A DNA stretch of 62,942 nucleotides from Minisyncoccota bacterium (GCA_041663025.1 JBAZRE010000004.1:1-62942), one strand, 5' to 3'; counted from the stretch's first letter, positions 17,387-26,416 are shown. The notes: generated by a model not told the origin, from the letters alone. Numbers and translations: made by a program.

Positions 17387-19183
17387 CTACCGAACTTCAT
17401 AACCTTTTTCTGCCAGCGCAGCAGTGACTTTTTGCATAATTTCGTTCACTTCTTCATCGGTCAGCGTGCGGTCGAATGATTGGAACACGAGCCGGAAGGC
17501 GAGTGATAACTTCCCTTCTTTTTCAAAGCGATCAAACTGGTCGAGACGTACCAAAATCGCTCCCGCATTATCTTGAATGATGAATTTCGTAAACCCATCA
17601 TCAGTGCCGACCGACGACCAGAAGGCGATGTCGCGCGTGATAAATGGATAGATTGAAAATGGCTGATACATGCCGAGCTGATACTTCTGCGGCTCGTAGT
17701 TCGCGTCATCTTGTATCGCGGGCAGATCTGACACCGGTTCTGAAGTTTTGATTTCGAGTTTCTCTTCATCTTTTGTAAACACAGTTCCTATTTCAAAAAG
17801 CTTCGGTTTCTCTCCCGGCGCGAGCACCAGCGGCGCGACATACTTCGCGCGCTCCATCGCCTCTTTCATATTTTCATCCAAGCTGGTGCGCAGTGCTGGT
17901 TTTGCTTTATCGAGCGGATTCGCCAATATGATGTCGCCCTTCGCGGCAAATGACTGGGTGGAGATCTCGGTGAAGCCGCGATCAATAAGAAAGTCTTTCA
18001 CTTTTTCTATTCCCTTATATCGAGCTTGATCCGGCATGTAGGACGTCGTACGTCCTACATTAGAAATCGGAAGTTCTGCTGCAGGGAGGCGATCATAGCC
18101 GAGGATGCGCCCAACCTCTTCGACGATGTCCTCGGGTATCGTGAGGTCGGTGCGTTCGAATGGTGGAGTGATCTCGAATGTTTCGTTTTTTTCTGAGTAG
18201 GGAAGTCCGAGGCGGCTAAAAACTCCCTCCATCTCTGCTTTTGTAAAATCTGAACCGAGGATGTTGTTTATCTTCTTGAGAGAGACACTCACCTTCTGCT
18301 CCTGCACAGAGCGAGCTGGATACTCATCAACAATCCCTATGACTTCCCCACCGGCGATTTCAGAAATAAGTGCGAGGACATCGCGCATGCCGTAGGCCGC
18401 GAGCTCGGGCGATGGCCGGTTTTGAAACCGAAGTGACGCATCAGTCACCAGTTTGAGCGACTGCGCTGCGCGACGAATAGTAGTGCCATCAAAATTTGCC
18501 GATTCAATAATAATGTCAGTGGTAGTCTCGTTAATTTCTGCCGCCTTACCTCCCTTCACACCCGCAATGCCGATTGCACTGTCTGCATTGGCATCAGTGA
18601 TGAGCAACACATTCTTCGGCAACACATATTCTTCACCCGATAGAATCGTCATGGTCTCACCATCTCTCGCATCGCGAACCTTGATTGCATACGCATCATT
18701 TTCTTTTTTCAGTTTTGCCGCATCAAAAGCGTGCAGCGGCTGGCCAATGTTGAGCATCACATAGTTTGTCGCATCGACGACATTGTTTATCGAACGCTGC
18801 CCCACTGCCTCGAGCGCTTCGCGCAGCCAATCAGGCGATGGTCCAACCTTTACATCCTTCATGAGTGCTCCCATATACCGTAAGCACTTTTTTTCATCTT
18901 CAATCTCTACCTTCAAATAAGGGTTTACGAGACCCTTATTTTCAACTGGCGTGCGGAGGGGATCGCTCTTCATTGGTATATTCAAAATCGCAGAGAGTTC
19001 TTTAGCGATGCCGCGATGACAGAGACAATCTGCTGCGCGATTTGGCAATACGTTCAGATCAAGCAAATCCCCTTTTCTTTCTTCTATTTCAAATGCATGA
19101 AAAGTGAATGCATCGTCTGTCTGCTCTGCCGGAGGCAATGGTTGATCAAAATATGTCTGAAGCCATTTTAGTGAGACTTTCAT
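17387..19183 (-). CDS. pheT: Phenylalanyl-tRNA synthetase beta subunit (short form, 598 aa)
   Basis: MKVSLKWLQTYF start, B3/4 and B5 regions, C-terminal FDX-ACB-like domain. 4-nt overlap with pheS. Confidence 0.85.
   Translation of the reverse strand: MKVSLKWLQTYFDQPLPPAEQTDDAFTFHAFEIEERKGDLLDLNVLPNRAADCLCHRGIAKELSAILNIPMKSDPLRTPVENKGLVNPYLKVEIEDEKKCLRYMGALMKDVKVGPSPDWLREALEAVGQRSINNVVDATNYVMLNIGQPLHAFDAAKLKKENDAYAIKVRDARDGETMTILSGEEYVLPKNVLLITDANADSAIGIAGVKGGKAAEINETTTDIIIESANFDGTTIRRAAQSLKLVTDASLRFQNRPSPELAAYGMRDVLALISEIAGGEVIGIVDEYPARSVQEQKVSVSLKKINNILGSDFTKAEMEGVFSRLGLPYSEKNETFEITPPFERTDLTIPEDIVEEVGRILGYDRLPAAELPISNVGRTTSYMPDQARYKGIEKVKDFLIDRGFTEISTQSFAAKGDIILANPLDKAKPALRTSLDENMKEAMERAKYVAPLVLAPGEKPKLFEIGTVFTKDEEKLEIKTSEPVSDLPAIQDDANYEPQKYQLGMYQPFSIYPFITRDIAFWSSVGTDDGFTKFIIQDNAGAILVRLDQFDRFEKEGKLSLAFRLVFQSFDRTLTDEEVNEIMQKVTAALAEKGYEVR
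18036..18060. repeat. Family C palindrome inside pheT (ATGTAGGACG-TCGTA-CGTCCTACAT), read in-frame as VGRTTSYM
   Basis: 10-bp arms identical to those of the copies around RAYT-C. Confidence 0.85.
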
Positions 19184-19917
19184 AACGGCTTCTCATTAAA
19201 TGCATGATTAAAACGAATATCGCCCGAATAAAATGGCCGTATATCAGGGACGCCATATTTGACCATGATGAAACGTTCCAAGCCAGGACCAAAAGCAAAT
19301 CCTTGAATCTTTTCTGGATCAAGTCCTGCGTTGCGTAACACGTTTGGATGCAACATTCCCGCGCCGCCTGTCTCGAGCCATTTCCCTTCTTTCCCAGGAG
19401 GTTGGAACCAAACATCAATCTCGATACCTGGTTCAACAAAGGGGAAGAAGCTTGGACGAAAACGGGCTTGAGTATTTGGTCCGAGAAATTCCTTATAGAA
19501 ACGCGTCAAAGTCCCCTTGAGATGGGCGAGCGTCACCACGCCGGTTGGACCAACTGCAAACCCGTCAAATTGATAAAACTGCGCCTCGTGCGTCGCATCA
19601 GTCGCTTCATTACGAAAGACTTTTCCGGGACTTAACATTCGTTTCGTGGTCTCGCCATTCTTCGCCATCTTCTCGAGTTCGCGAATAGTGACGGAAGTAT
19701 CGTGCGTCCTAAGAACCTTACCTGGATGATCCTTGATCCAAAAAGTATCTTGCATATCGCGCGCTGGATGGTCGGCAGGGACATTGAGCGCACTGAAGTT
19801 GTACCATTCTGTCTCGAGTTCTGGGCCAGAAGCGATATCAAATCCCATCTGGCCAAAGATGTCAGCAATGTCGCGAATGGCAATCGTGATCGGGTGAAGT
19901 CTACCTTGTTGGCTCAT
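19180..19917 (-). CDS. pheS: Phenylalanyl-tRNA synthetase alpha subunit (short form, 245 aa)
   Basis: Class II core motifs FRPSFFPFVEPGIEIDV and GAGMLHPNVL. The usual N-terminal coiled coil is absent. Confidence 0.88.
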   Translation of the reverse strand: MSQQGRLHPITIAIRDIADIFGQMGFDIASGPELETEWYNFSALNVPADHPARDMQDTFWIKDHPGKVLRTHDTSVTIRELEKMAKNGETTKRMLSPGKVFRNEATDATHEAQFYQFDGFAVGPTGVVTLAHLKGTLTRFYKEFLGPNTQARFRPSFFPFVEPGIEIDVWFQPPGKEGKWLETGGAGMLHPNVLRNAGLDPEKIQGFAFGPGLERFIMVKYGVPDIRPFYSGDIRFNHAFNEKPL

Positions 19918-19945
19918 TCTTAAAATATAGCAGCAAAAAGGTAAA

Positions 19946-21202
19946 ATGTGCTATAGTTGTGCCAATATGAGCCCTGAGATGTTGGCATACCCTTTCCTCC
20001 TTATCGCGATATTCTTCGAATCGTTTATTCTCGTGACGCTGATCTCGAAGCCTGCTATGACAGCGAGAAAGCGTGTTCCAGGTGATAAGACCCTCTCGGT
20101 TGCTGTCATTGTGCCTTGCTATAACGAGGCAACCACAGTTGCGAAAACATGCGAATCGCTCTTGGCGCTTGAATATCCAAAAGAACTCCTCGAAATTATT
20201 CTCGTTGATGATGGTTCCACTGACGCGACGCCAACTGCCATGACACACTTCGCCTCGCATCCGCAGGTGCGCATTATTCGCAAAGAAAACGGTGGAAAAC
20301 ATACCGCGCTTAACGCTGGCATTGCTGCTACTCATGCCGAAATTGTCGGATGTCTCGATGCTGATTCGTTTGTTGAGTCGGATGCCCTTCGCGAAATTAT
20401 CCCTTGCTTTGCAGACGCGCAAATTGCTGCGGTGACTGCGGCGATGTCGGTGCATCATCCAAAAACTTTCATCCAGCATATGCAGAATGCCGAATACATC
20501 TTCGGTATTACACTCCGACACGCTCTTGCTTCGATCAATGGACTCTACGTTACGCCTGGACCTTTTTCCTTCTATCGACACAGCATTATTGATGAGCTTG
20601 GCGGATTCAGACATGGTCATCAGACCGAAGATATGGAAATGGCACTCCGCATTCAACAAGCGGGATATGGGATTGAGAACGCACCGCGCGCTCGCGTCTA
20701 CACCAAGGCACCAAGCACGCTCGGAAAGTTATTGAAACAGCGTACCAGATGGACTACCGGTTTTCTCCGCAATATTTTGGGTGAATATCGCGGACTTGTA
20801 GGCAACCGTTGGAATGACGCACTTGGTGTACTCGTCCTACCGACTGCACTCATTGCCGTAGGGAGTAGCATTCTCCTATTCTCAACTACAGTCTTTACCT
20901 TTACACGCAACGCTATAACTGCGTTAGAGATTCGAGCTGGAATCCCAATCTCGTATGTATTCTCGGCGCACCGGTCGTTTGATTGGTTTTATTTCCCTAC
21001 AAGTGTCTATCTGCTTCTTGGGGCCGCAACGCTGATGATCTCGCTTTTCCTCATCACAATCGGTAAGCACATCTCAAAAACCCCCGGGAACCTTACGCTC
21101 GGTTTTATTTCGTATACATTGCTCTATGGCCTTGTCGTACCTCTCTGGCTCCTGCGCGCCACGGTCGACGTTACTATTGGCAAACATCGTCAATGGCGTT
21201 GA
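19946..21202 (+). CDS. Membrane-embedded family 2 glycosyltransferase (processive synthase type)
   Basis: VIVPCYNE, VDDGSTD, LDADS and QRTRW motifs, flanked by TM helices. Confidence 0.8.
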   Translation: MCYSCANMSPEMLAYPFLLIAIFFESFILVTLISKPAMTARKRVPGDKTLSVAVIVPCYNEATTVAKTCESLLALEYPKELLEIILVDDGSTDATPTAMTHFASHPQVRIIRKENGGKHTALNAGIAATHAEIVGCLDADSFVESDALREIIPCFADAQIAAVTAAMSVHHPKTFIQHMQNAEYIFGITLRHALASINGLYVTPGPFSFYRHSIIDELGGFRHGHQTEDMEMALRIQQAGYGIENAPRARVYTKAPSTLGKLLKQRTRWTTGFLRNILGEYRGLVGNRWNDALGVLVLPTALIAVGSSILLFSTTVFTFTRNAITALEIRAGIPISYVFSAHRSFDWFYFPTSVYLLLGAATLMISLFLITIGKHISKTPGNLTLGFISYTLLYGLVVPLWLLRATVDVTIGKHRQWR

Positions 21203-21212
21203 AATATTTTGT

Positions 21213-21878
21213 ATGCCACTCGTCACTAGAAATGCACTGATAGCCCTCGGCATTACGCTTGCGCTCGCTGGCACAGTTGCGTACGCCATTAATTATTTGA
21301 ATGATGCGCGTATTGCCGAGCTTGGGGCAATAGAAGATCAGCTCTCCATCGATACCCTCTCCCTTGATACGCAATTTTCCCTTCTTGAGGCGGCTCCCTG
21401 TGAGAGTGCTACATCCTCGACCGTGTTAACCAGTGAACTATCGGATCTTGGTGATCGCCTTTCCTATACTGAAAACCTGCTCGGCAAGGACAACGCGCAA
21501 GTAATACGCCTCAAGAAACAATACTCATTGCTTGAAATCCGTGATTACCTAATTACCAAAGAGCTCGCTGCCGCATGCGGCACGAAGCCAGTGACTGTTC
21601 TCTATTTCTACAGCAATGCTGGCGACTGTGCAGATTGCGCCAAAGCTGGTTATGCACTTTCCTATTTACACACCACCTATCCGGCATTGCGCGTCTATTC
21701 GTTCGACTATACGCTCGACCTCGGCGCCCTGAAGACCCTCATCGCCGTCACCAAGGTGAGCGGACCATTGCCCGCCTTCGTCATTAATGGGAAGCACTCA
21801 TACGGCTTCACCTCCCTCGCTGACCTTGAGAAGCAATTCCCGAAGGGCGCACTTTCTACGACTACCCCAAGCAGATAA
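21213..21878 (+). CDS. Membrane-anchored protein with a possible thioredoxin-like CxxC motif (hypothetical)
   Basis: ORF 21126..21878. The ATG at 21213 avoids overlap with the GT2 gene and opens a TM helix. CADC motif in ...VLYFYSNAGDCADCAKAG. Confidence 0.55.
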   Translation: MPLVTRNALIALGITLALAGTVAYAINYLNDARIAELGAIEDQLSIDTLSLDTQFSLLEAAPCESATSSTVLTSELSDLGDRLSYTENLLGKDNAQVIRLKKQYSLLEIRDYLITKELAAACGTKPVTVLYFYSNAGDCADCAKAGYALSYLHTTYPALRVYSFDYTLDLGALKTLIAVTKVSGPLPAFVINGKHSYGFTSLADLEKQFPKGALSTTTPSR

Positions 21879-21926
21879 TCACGACATTTAAACGTTTCAA
21901 TATTTAACTATTTAAATTTCAATCAG

Positions 21927-21999
21927 AGCCGCCTCCCCGATTCGGACGGGGGACCTTCGCTTTACAAAAGCGTTGCTCTACCAACTGAGCTAAGGCGGC
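21927..21999 (-). tRNA. tRNA-Thr (anticodon UGU), no encoded CCA
   Basis: Hand-folded cloverleaf GCCGCCT/TA/GCTC-AGTTGGTA-GAGC/A/ACGCT-TTTGTAA-AGCGA/AGGTC/CCCCG-TCCGAAT-CGGGG/AGGCGGC/T. One A:A mismatch in the anticodon stem; T-loop reads TCC rather than TTC. Confidence 0.8.
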
Positions 22000-22004
22000 A
22001 ATCT

Positions 22005-22412
22005 TTAATATATATCAGGTACTTCGGGCGGTGTCGCTTTGAGCTGCTCCTTAAAATCAGACAGGGTCTGCACAAACTCTCGCGAGCTCTCGCGTGGCGG
22101 AGCGCTCACCGAGTGCTCCGCGCGCAGGTGTCGGACAGCACGCGTTAAGAGGCGTTCTACAGCGCGCACTGCCAGAAGCGAGATATGCACACTATCATGC
22201 GCAACACGCTCCGCGAAGTGGCGAGTGAGTTCAGACAAGAACGCGACGAAGTCAACGTGCGTTATGACGAATTCAACACGCTCGACACCCTCATCTAGAC
22301 GCACCCGCTGCGTAGCAAAGAGGCGCATTCCGCGTCGTGCCTCATAACCGGTAAGTGCGAAGAATCCGACGAGAAGTGCGAGTGGAATGAAGATTAGTAT
22401 GAGATATGTCAT
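22005..22412 (-). CDS. Membrane-anchored hypothetical protein
   Basis: 135-aa ORF with an N-terminal TM helix, immediately downstream of tsf. Confidence 0.55.
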   Translation of the reverse strand: MTYLILIFIPLALLVGFFALTGYEARRGMRLFATQRVRLDEGVERVEFVITHVDFVAFLSELTRHFAERVAHDSVHISLLAVRAVERLLTRAVRHLRAEHSVSAPPRESSREFVQTLSDFKEQLKATPPEVPDIY

Positions 22413-22417
22413 TGTGA

Positions 22418-22999
22418 TTAGCGAGCAGAGATGCGGACAAACGAGGTCATCTCGATACGCTCTCCGAACTTCTGCGTAGCTTCGTTCAAAAGATCGTGCA
22501 CGGTCTTTGTTTCATCCTTGATGAAAAATTGGTCAAGAAGTACCTGGTCGCGGAAGTAGCTCGCAATCTTCCCCTCCATAATCTTCGCCTGCATATCGGC
22601 TGGCTTGCCCTCTACTTCTTTCTGAAATACCGCTGTCGCTGCATCTCTCGCTTCGCTCGGGATCTCCGCATCCGTCCCATATTTGGGATCGGTCGCAGCG
22701 ACTTGCATCGCGAGCTCGCGCGCAAGCGCGACGAATTCTGGATTCTTCGCAACGAAGTCGGATTCGCATGAGAGGAGCACCATCGCGCCAATGCTCCCTT
22801 CATGCACATAGTTCCCTATGATGCCAGCCTTGAGTGTGCGCTCTGCTTTCTTCTCAGCAGCTTCGGCTGAACGCTTTTTGAGAATAACCTCGGCCTGGGC
22901 TAGATCTCCGCCGGCCTCTTCAAGCGCCTTTTTGCACTGCATGACAGACACACCTGTCGCCTCGCGTAATTGTTTAATGCTTTCAGTCGTGATTTCCAT
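22418..22999 (-). CDS. tsf: Elongation factor Ts (short form)
   Basis: MEITTESIKQLREATGVSVMQCKKALEEAGGDL (UBA-like N-terminus). Start taken at the internal ATG 22999 of ORF 22418..23023. Confidence 0.88.
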   Translation of the reverse strand: MEITTESIKQLREATGVSVMQCKKALEEAGGDLAQAEVILKKRSAEAAEKKAERTLKAGIIGNYVHEGSIGAMVLLSCESDFVAKNPEFVALARELAMQVAATDPKYGTDAEIPSEARDAATAVFQKEVEGKPADMQAKIMEGKIASYFRDQVLLDQFFIKDETKTVHDLLNEATQKFGERIEMTSFVRISAR

Positions 23000-23032
23000 A
23001 GTGGTGTAAAAATAATAGCACACAAAACGACG

Positions 23033-23103
23033 GGAATTCAGTTTTCTCTGCGACTGGCTGACTCATTCTGATGAGGCCCGAAGGAGCAAGAAAATTGAAT
23101 TCC
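23033..23103 (-). repeat. Conserved 40-nt core (23050..23089) enclosed by a 15-bp stem, copy 2; 3' of rpsB and 5' of tsf
   Basis: Core is identical to 7373..7412. Arms GGAATTCAGTTTTCT and AGAAAATTGAATTCC pair with one mismatch. Confidence 0.6.
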
Positions 23104-23109
23104 AGCCGT

Positions 23110-23808
23110 TTACGCAACCTGCCCTTTCTTAAATGCCCCAGTGAGCTCCGCGAGAATAAGCCGCACCGTCTCGCGAGATGCATCATTTGCAACAATCGGA
23201 TACGCCGCATCGGTCAGATCACAATCTGAGCTCATGATAGCGATAATTGGGATACCAGCGTCATTTGCCTCCTTGACCGCATGCTTCTCATGCTTCGTAT
23301 CAACGACAACGAGTGCATCCGGGCGCTTTGTGAGTGTGGTGAGGCCGTCGAGTCGTATCGTGAGCTTATCCTTCTCTCGCTCAAGCTTCACTACTTCTAG
23401 CTTCGTGTGCTGCTTCGCAAGCGTTCCTGCGGCCGACTTCTCAGTGAGCTCGGCAAGTCGATCAACGCGCTTCTTGATCTCGCTCCAGTTAGAGATGGTG
23501 CCACCGAGCCAGCGCGCTGCGACAAATGGTGCAGAAATCTCCTCTGCCGCCTTCTTCACCAACGCGGCAATCTCGACTTTCCCACCGACGAAAAGAATCG
23601 TCTTACCATCTTTCGCGAGTGTCTCAAGGGCAGCCTTTGCTGCCTCGAGCTGTCCGGTTGTCTGCACCAAATCAATAATCTCCTGTCGCCCTTTTGTCCC
23701 CACGAGAAAAGGCTTCATCGACGGGTGCCGGCGACTTTTCACCTGCGCGAAATGCGCCCCTGTGTCAAAGAGGCGCCTCAACTCTGCCGTGTCATTCACT
23801 GCTGCCAT
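23110..23808 (-). CDS. rpsB: 30S ribosomal protein S2
   Basis: LFDTGAHFAQ...RRHPSMKPF; 232 aa; canonical rpsB-tsf order. Confidence 0.9.
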   Translation of the reverse strand: MAAVNDTAELRRLFDTGAHFAQVKSRRHPSMKPFLVGTKGRQEIIDLVQTTGQLEAAKAALETLAKDGKTILFVGGKVEIAALVKKAAEEISAPFVAARWLGGTISNWSEIKKRVDRLAELTEKSAAGTLAKQHTKLEVVKLEREKDKLTIRLDGLTTLTKRPDALVVVDTKHEKHAVKEANDAGIPIIAIMSSDCDLTDAAYPIVANDASRETVRLILAELTGAFKKGQVA

Positions 23809-23951
23809 TATTTGGCTACTCTACCCTAAACTCCGCTTGGATGCAAGCGTCGTAAATCCGAAATCTCAAGCACGAAATACGAAATGAATTTAAATTTTTA
23901 AACTTTTGAATTTTGGTGCTTGTTTGTTATTTCGTGCTTCGAGCTTAGTGC

Positions 23952-24707
23952 TTATGCCGAGGCGTTGCGAAGAGCCTCAATGAGGTCATCGATACCGCCC
24001 AGCATTATCTTGGGTAGGTTGTGCCACGATTCTTGTAGGCGATGGTCGGTGACGCGATCTTGCAGATAGTTATAGGTGCGGATTTTTTCCGAACGATCAC
24101 CGGTGCCTATCTGCGCCTTGCGCTCGGCCGCATGCTCCTTCGCTTCCTTCTCTTCGTGCAATTGTTCAAGCTTCGCGGAGAGAATCTGCATCGCCTTCTC
24201 GCGGTTCGCCAGCTGACTGCGCTCGCTTGAAGAGCGCACGTCAATGCCCGTTGGCTTGTGGACAAGCCGCACCGCCGTCTCAACCTTGTTCACATTCTGC
24301 CCACCAGCGCCACCAGAGCGGGTGAATTGCATCTCAATATCTGCAGGATTTATTTCTATCTTTGATTTATCGCGAATCGGCAAAACTGCAATCGATGCGG
24401 TGGAGGTGTGGATGCGGCCCGTTTTCTCGGTCAAGGGCACACGTTGTACCCGATGCACACCGGTCTCATATTGGAGCGCATCATACGCATCAGAACCCGC
24501 GATCTCGAGTGTGAGTTCATCGATGGTGCGTGTCTTCCATCCACGGTGCTCAGCATACTTTTGATACATCTCCTTCAGGTCATGAGCGAAGATATTTGCT
24601 TCATCACCGCCCGCGCCAGCACGCAGCTCCATCACCACAGCGATCGGTGATGCGCTCGTGTTTTCTTTTTTTTCTTTTTGGCTTTTTAAATACTCTGCGT
24701 AGTCCAT
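23952..24707 (-). CDS. prfA: Peptide chain release factor 1, short form lacking most of domain 1
   Basis: [17 protein letters not shown] (PxT-type tripeptide) and [17 protein letters not shown] (GGQ). 251 aa. Confidence 0.8.
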   Translation of the reverse strand: MDYAEYLKSQKEKKENTSASPIAVVMELRAGAGGDEANIFAHDLKEMYQKYAEHRGWKTRTIDELTLEIAGSDAYDALQYETGVHRVQRVPLTEKTGRIHTSTASIAVLPIRDKSKIEINPADIEMQFTRSGGAGGQNVNKVETAVRLVHKPTGIDVRSSSERSQLANREKAMQILSAKLEQLHEEKEAKEHAAERKAQIGTGDRSEKIRTYNYLQDRVTDHRLQESWHNLPKIMLGGIDDLIEALRNASA

Positions 24708-24719
24708 AAGCCAATGTTA

Positions 24720-24759
24720 GGACATCTGATGTCCAAATGCACGGGGACATCGGATGTCC
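24720..24759. repeat. Tandem pair of 15-nt palindromes GGACATCNGATGTCC, each followed by AAAT
   Basis: Copies at 24720..24734 and 24745..24759, between the rpmE stop and the prfA start. Confidence 0.8.
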
Positions 24760-24767
24760 AAATCCAG

Positions 24768-25016
24768 TTATTTCTTCTTTGCCGCGCGCTGCTTAAAGCG
24801 CTCAACCCGACCAGTCTTATCAAGCATGCGATCCTCGCCGGTGTAGAAAGGGTGCGACTTGCTGGAAATTTCTACCGTCATCTTCGGATATTCCTTACCC
24901 TCAAACTTCGTTGTTTCGGTCGTCCGGATGGTTGAGCCAATAAGAAACTGCGCGCCAGAGGCGAGATCTTCAAATACGACAGGGCGATACCCTTCCGGAT
25001 GGATGTCCTTTTTCAT
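24768..25016 (-). CDS. rpmE: 50S ribosomal protein L31 (type B, no CxxC)
   Basis: [15 protein letters not shown]...SKSHPFYTG. Confidence 0.88.
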   Translation of the reverse strand: MKKDIHPEGYRPVVFEDLASGAQFLIGSTIRTTETTKFEGKEYPKMTVEISSKSHPFYTGEDRMLDKTGRVERFKQRAAKKK

Positions 25017-25070
25017 GTCCGAAGAATACCATGCGCCCTGTAGATACGCCAGTATGAGCTTCGCCTGAGC

Positions 25071-26402
25071 TCAAATACTTATTCTAGACAGACCCGAGAG
25101 ATTGCCCGCCTCAATGCTGTTGAGGAACGAATTAAATTCGCCTGACGACCCGAGCGGAACGAAATATTCTCTTACGGTTGTATTGTTGATACACTCGGAA
25201 CCGAATCTAGTAATTGAGTATTTGCCAGAGCCGACCTTCGGCTGTACAGGATTATCAGGTGTCGGCACTTCGTTACGTAGCGTACTGCCACTACAAGGAC
25301 AGCTCGCGTCTGATGGCGTGATAGCGTTGCAAATACCGCCCACGATTGTGCCAGTACTCGTCTGCCCGCATACATTAGCGTCTGAAGTGCATGGAACTGG
25401 AACATCCACCGTGACAGTCACCGACTGCATGGCCGAAGTACCGCCGGCGCCGGTGCATTGGAATTCGAATGTGGTATCAGAGGTAAGATGGTCAGTTAAG
25501 CCGCTCCCATTTAAACTGTCGCCTGTTGGAGATGTGAGATTAGACCACGGACCGTATGCTGTGCAGCTCGTAGCATTCGTGGAGCTCCAGGTGAGGGTGG
25601 AACGGCCGTTATATGCGACTGGATTAGGAGAGACAGTGATCGAGGCGGTTGGGACAGGCGGTGGAGAAGAAGTGCCGGCGATGCAACGAACTGAAAAACC
25701 GGAATTAAAATTATAGCTATTACTCGTGAGCGAAGCACTGCTGGAGATATAATACACAAAGGCAATTATTGTACCAACGGTAGGCGGGCCAAATATTGTG
25801 CTTGACCAGTATAAACCGATACTGTATGCGGGATTGGCTATCTGTGCACCCCCTTGATTCCTGCCACCAGCTGATGGCAATTTTAAAACTGAACTATAAG
25901 CTTTATCTGCACTATTAATGCCCTCACCTATTCTAACCGCCGCCCACTCATCTTGTGTTGGTACGCGGAAACCGTTTGGACATGGGTTATTTATATTAGT
26001 TGCTGGTTGCCATAGATCAAAATACATAGGGTTAAGCCACGTTCCAATTCCAGAAATTATAAATTTATTGTGTCCTGGAACATAACTTGAACTCACTGTG
26101 TTGATTGTGGAACTCGTGACAACCTGGTGGCCATCTGTTAACCTTCCCCATTGATATCTATAACCATAAGATAGAGGATCATTCTTATTATTAGCAACTT
26201 GCGATGCTCCAAGATTACGGTCAAGCCAACATTTACCATCACCGGCCATGACTAAACCGTAGGTATTTGTATCCGGAGCTTTGCCCTGCACCGTGCCCGA
26301 ACAGGCAGCCAAGGCGTCTGGCGCCACAGAGAAAAAAGCTATGACTGAAAATAAAATCAACCAGTGGCTTTTAGTTTTGGTTTTGTTTGTTTCGGTGAAC
26401 AT
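25071..26402 (-). CDS. Secreted protein: FISUMP-like (Fibrobacter succinogenes major paralogous) domain + Ig-like module + shared C-terminal module
   Basis: Signal-peptide-like N-terminus; CWLDRNLGA...YGYRYQWGR; TLTWSSTNATSC; C-terminal CSGSTLRNEVPT...GKYSITRFG module shared with 30094..31677. Confidence 0.7.
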   Translation of the reverse strand: MFTETNKTKTKSHWLILFSVIAFFSVAPDALAACSGTVQGKAPDTNTYGLVMAGDGKCWLDRNLGASQVANNKNDPLSYGYRYQWGRLTDGHQVVTSSTINTVSSSYVPGHNKFIISGIGTWLNPMYFDLWQPATNINNPCPNGFRVPTQDEWAAVRIGEGINSADKAYSSVLKLPSAGGRNQGGAQIANPAYSIGLYWSSTIFGPPTVGTIIAFVYYISSSASLTSNSYNFNSGFSVRCIAGTSSPPPVPTASITVSPNPVAYNGRSTLTWSSTNATSCTAYGPWSNLTSPTGDSLNGSGLTDHLTSDTTFEFQCTGAGGTSAMQSVTVTVDVPVPCTSDANVCGQTSTGTIVGGICNAITPSDASCPCSGSTLRNEVPTPDNPVQPKVGSGKYSITRFGSECINNTTVREYFVPLGSSGEFNSFLNSIEAGNLSGLSRISI

Positions 26403-26416
26403 TTTACCATATGAGG

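Noticed and set aside
16534-17427. 297-aa plus-strand ORF
   Set aside because: It is entirely antisense to gyrB and has no recognisable features.
19901-20659. 252-aa minus-strand ORF overlapping the glycosyltransferase gene
   Set aside because: It is antisense to a well-supported GT2 gene with clear motifs. Its translation is low-complexity and R/S/H-rich, with no motifs.
23141-23887. 248-aa plus-strand ORF
   Set aside because: It is antisense to rpsB, and its S/A/F-rich translation is typical of a shadow ORF.
23869-23940. Inverted repeat AAGCACGAAATA ... TATTTCGTGCTT between rpsB and prfA as an intrinsic terminator
   Set aside because: The arms are separated by an AT-rich loop of about 45 nt, and there is no adjacent T-tract on the coding strand. 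It may belong to the short AT-rich repeat families, but the evidence is too weak to call it a feature.
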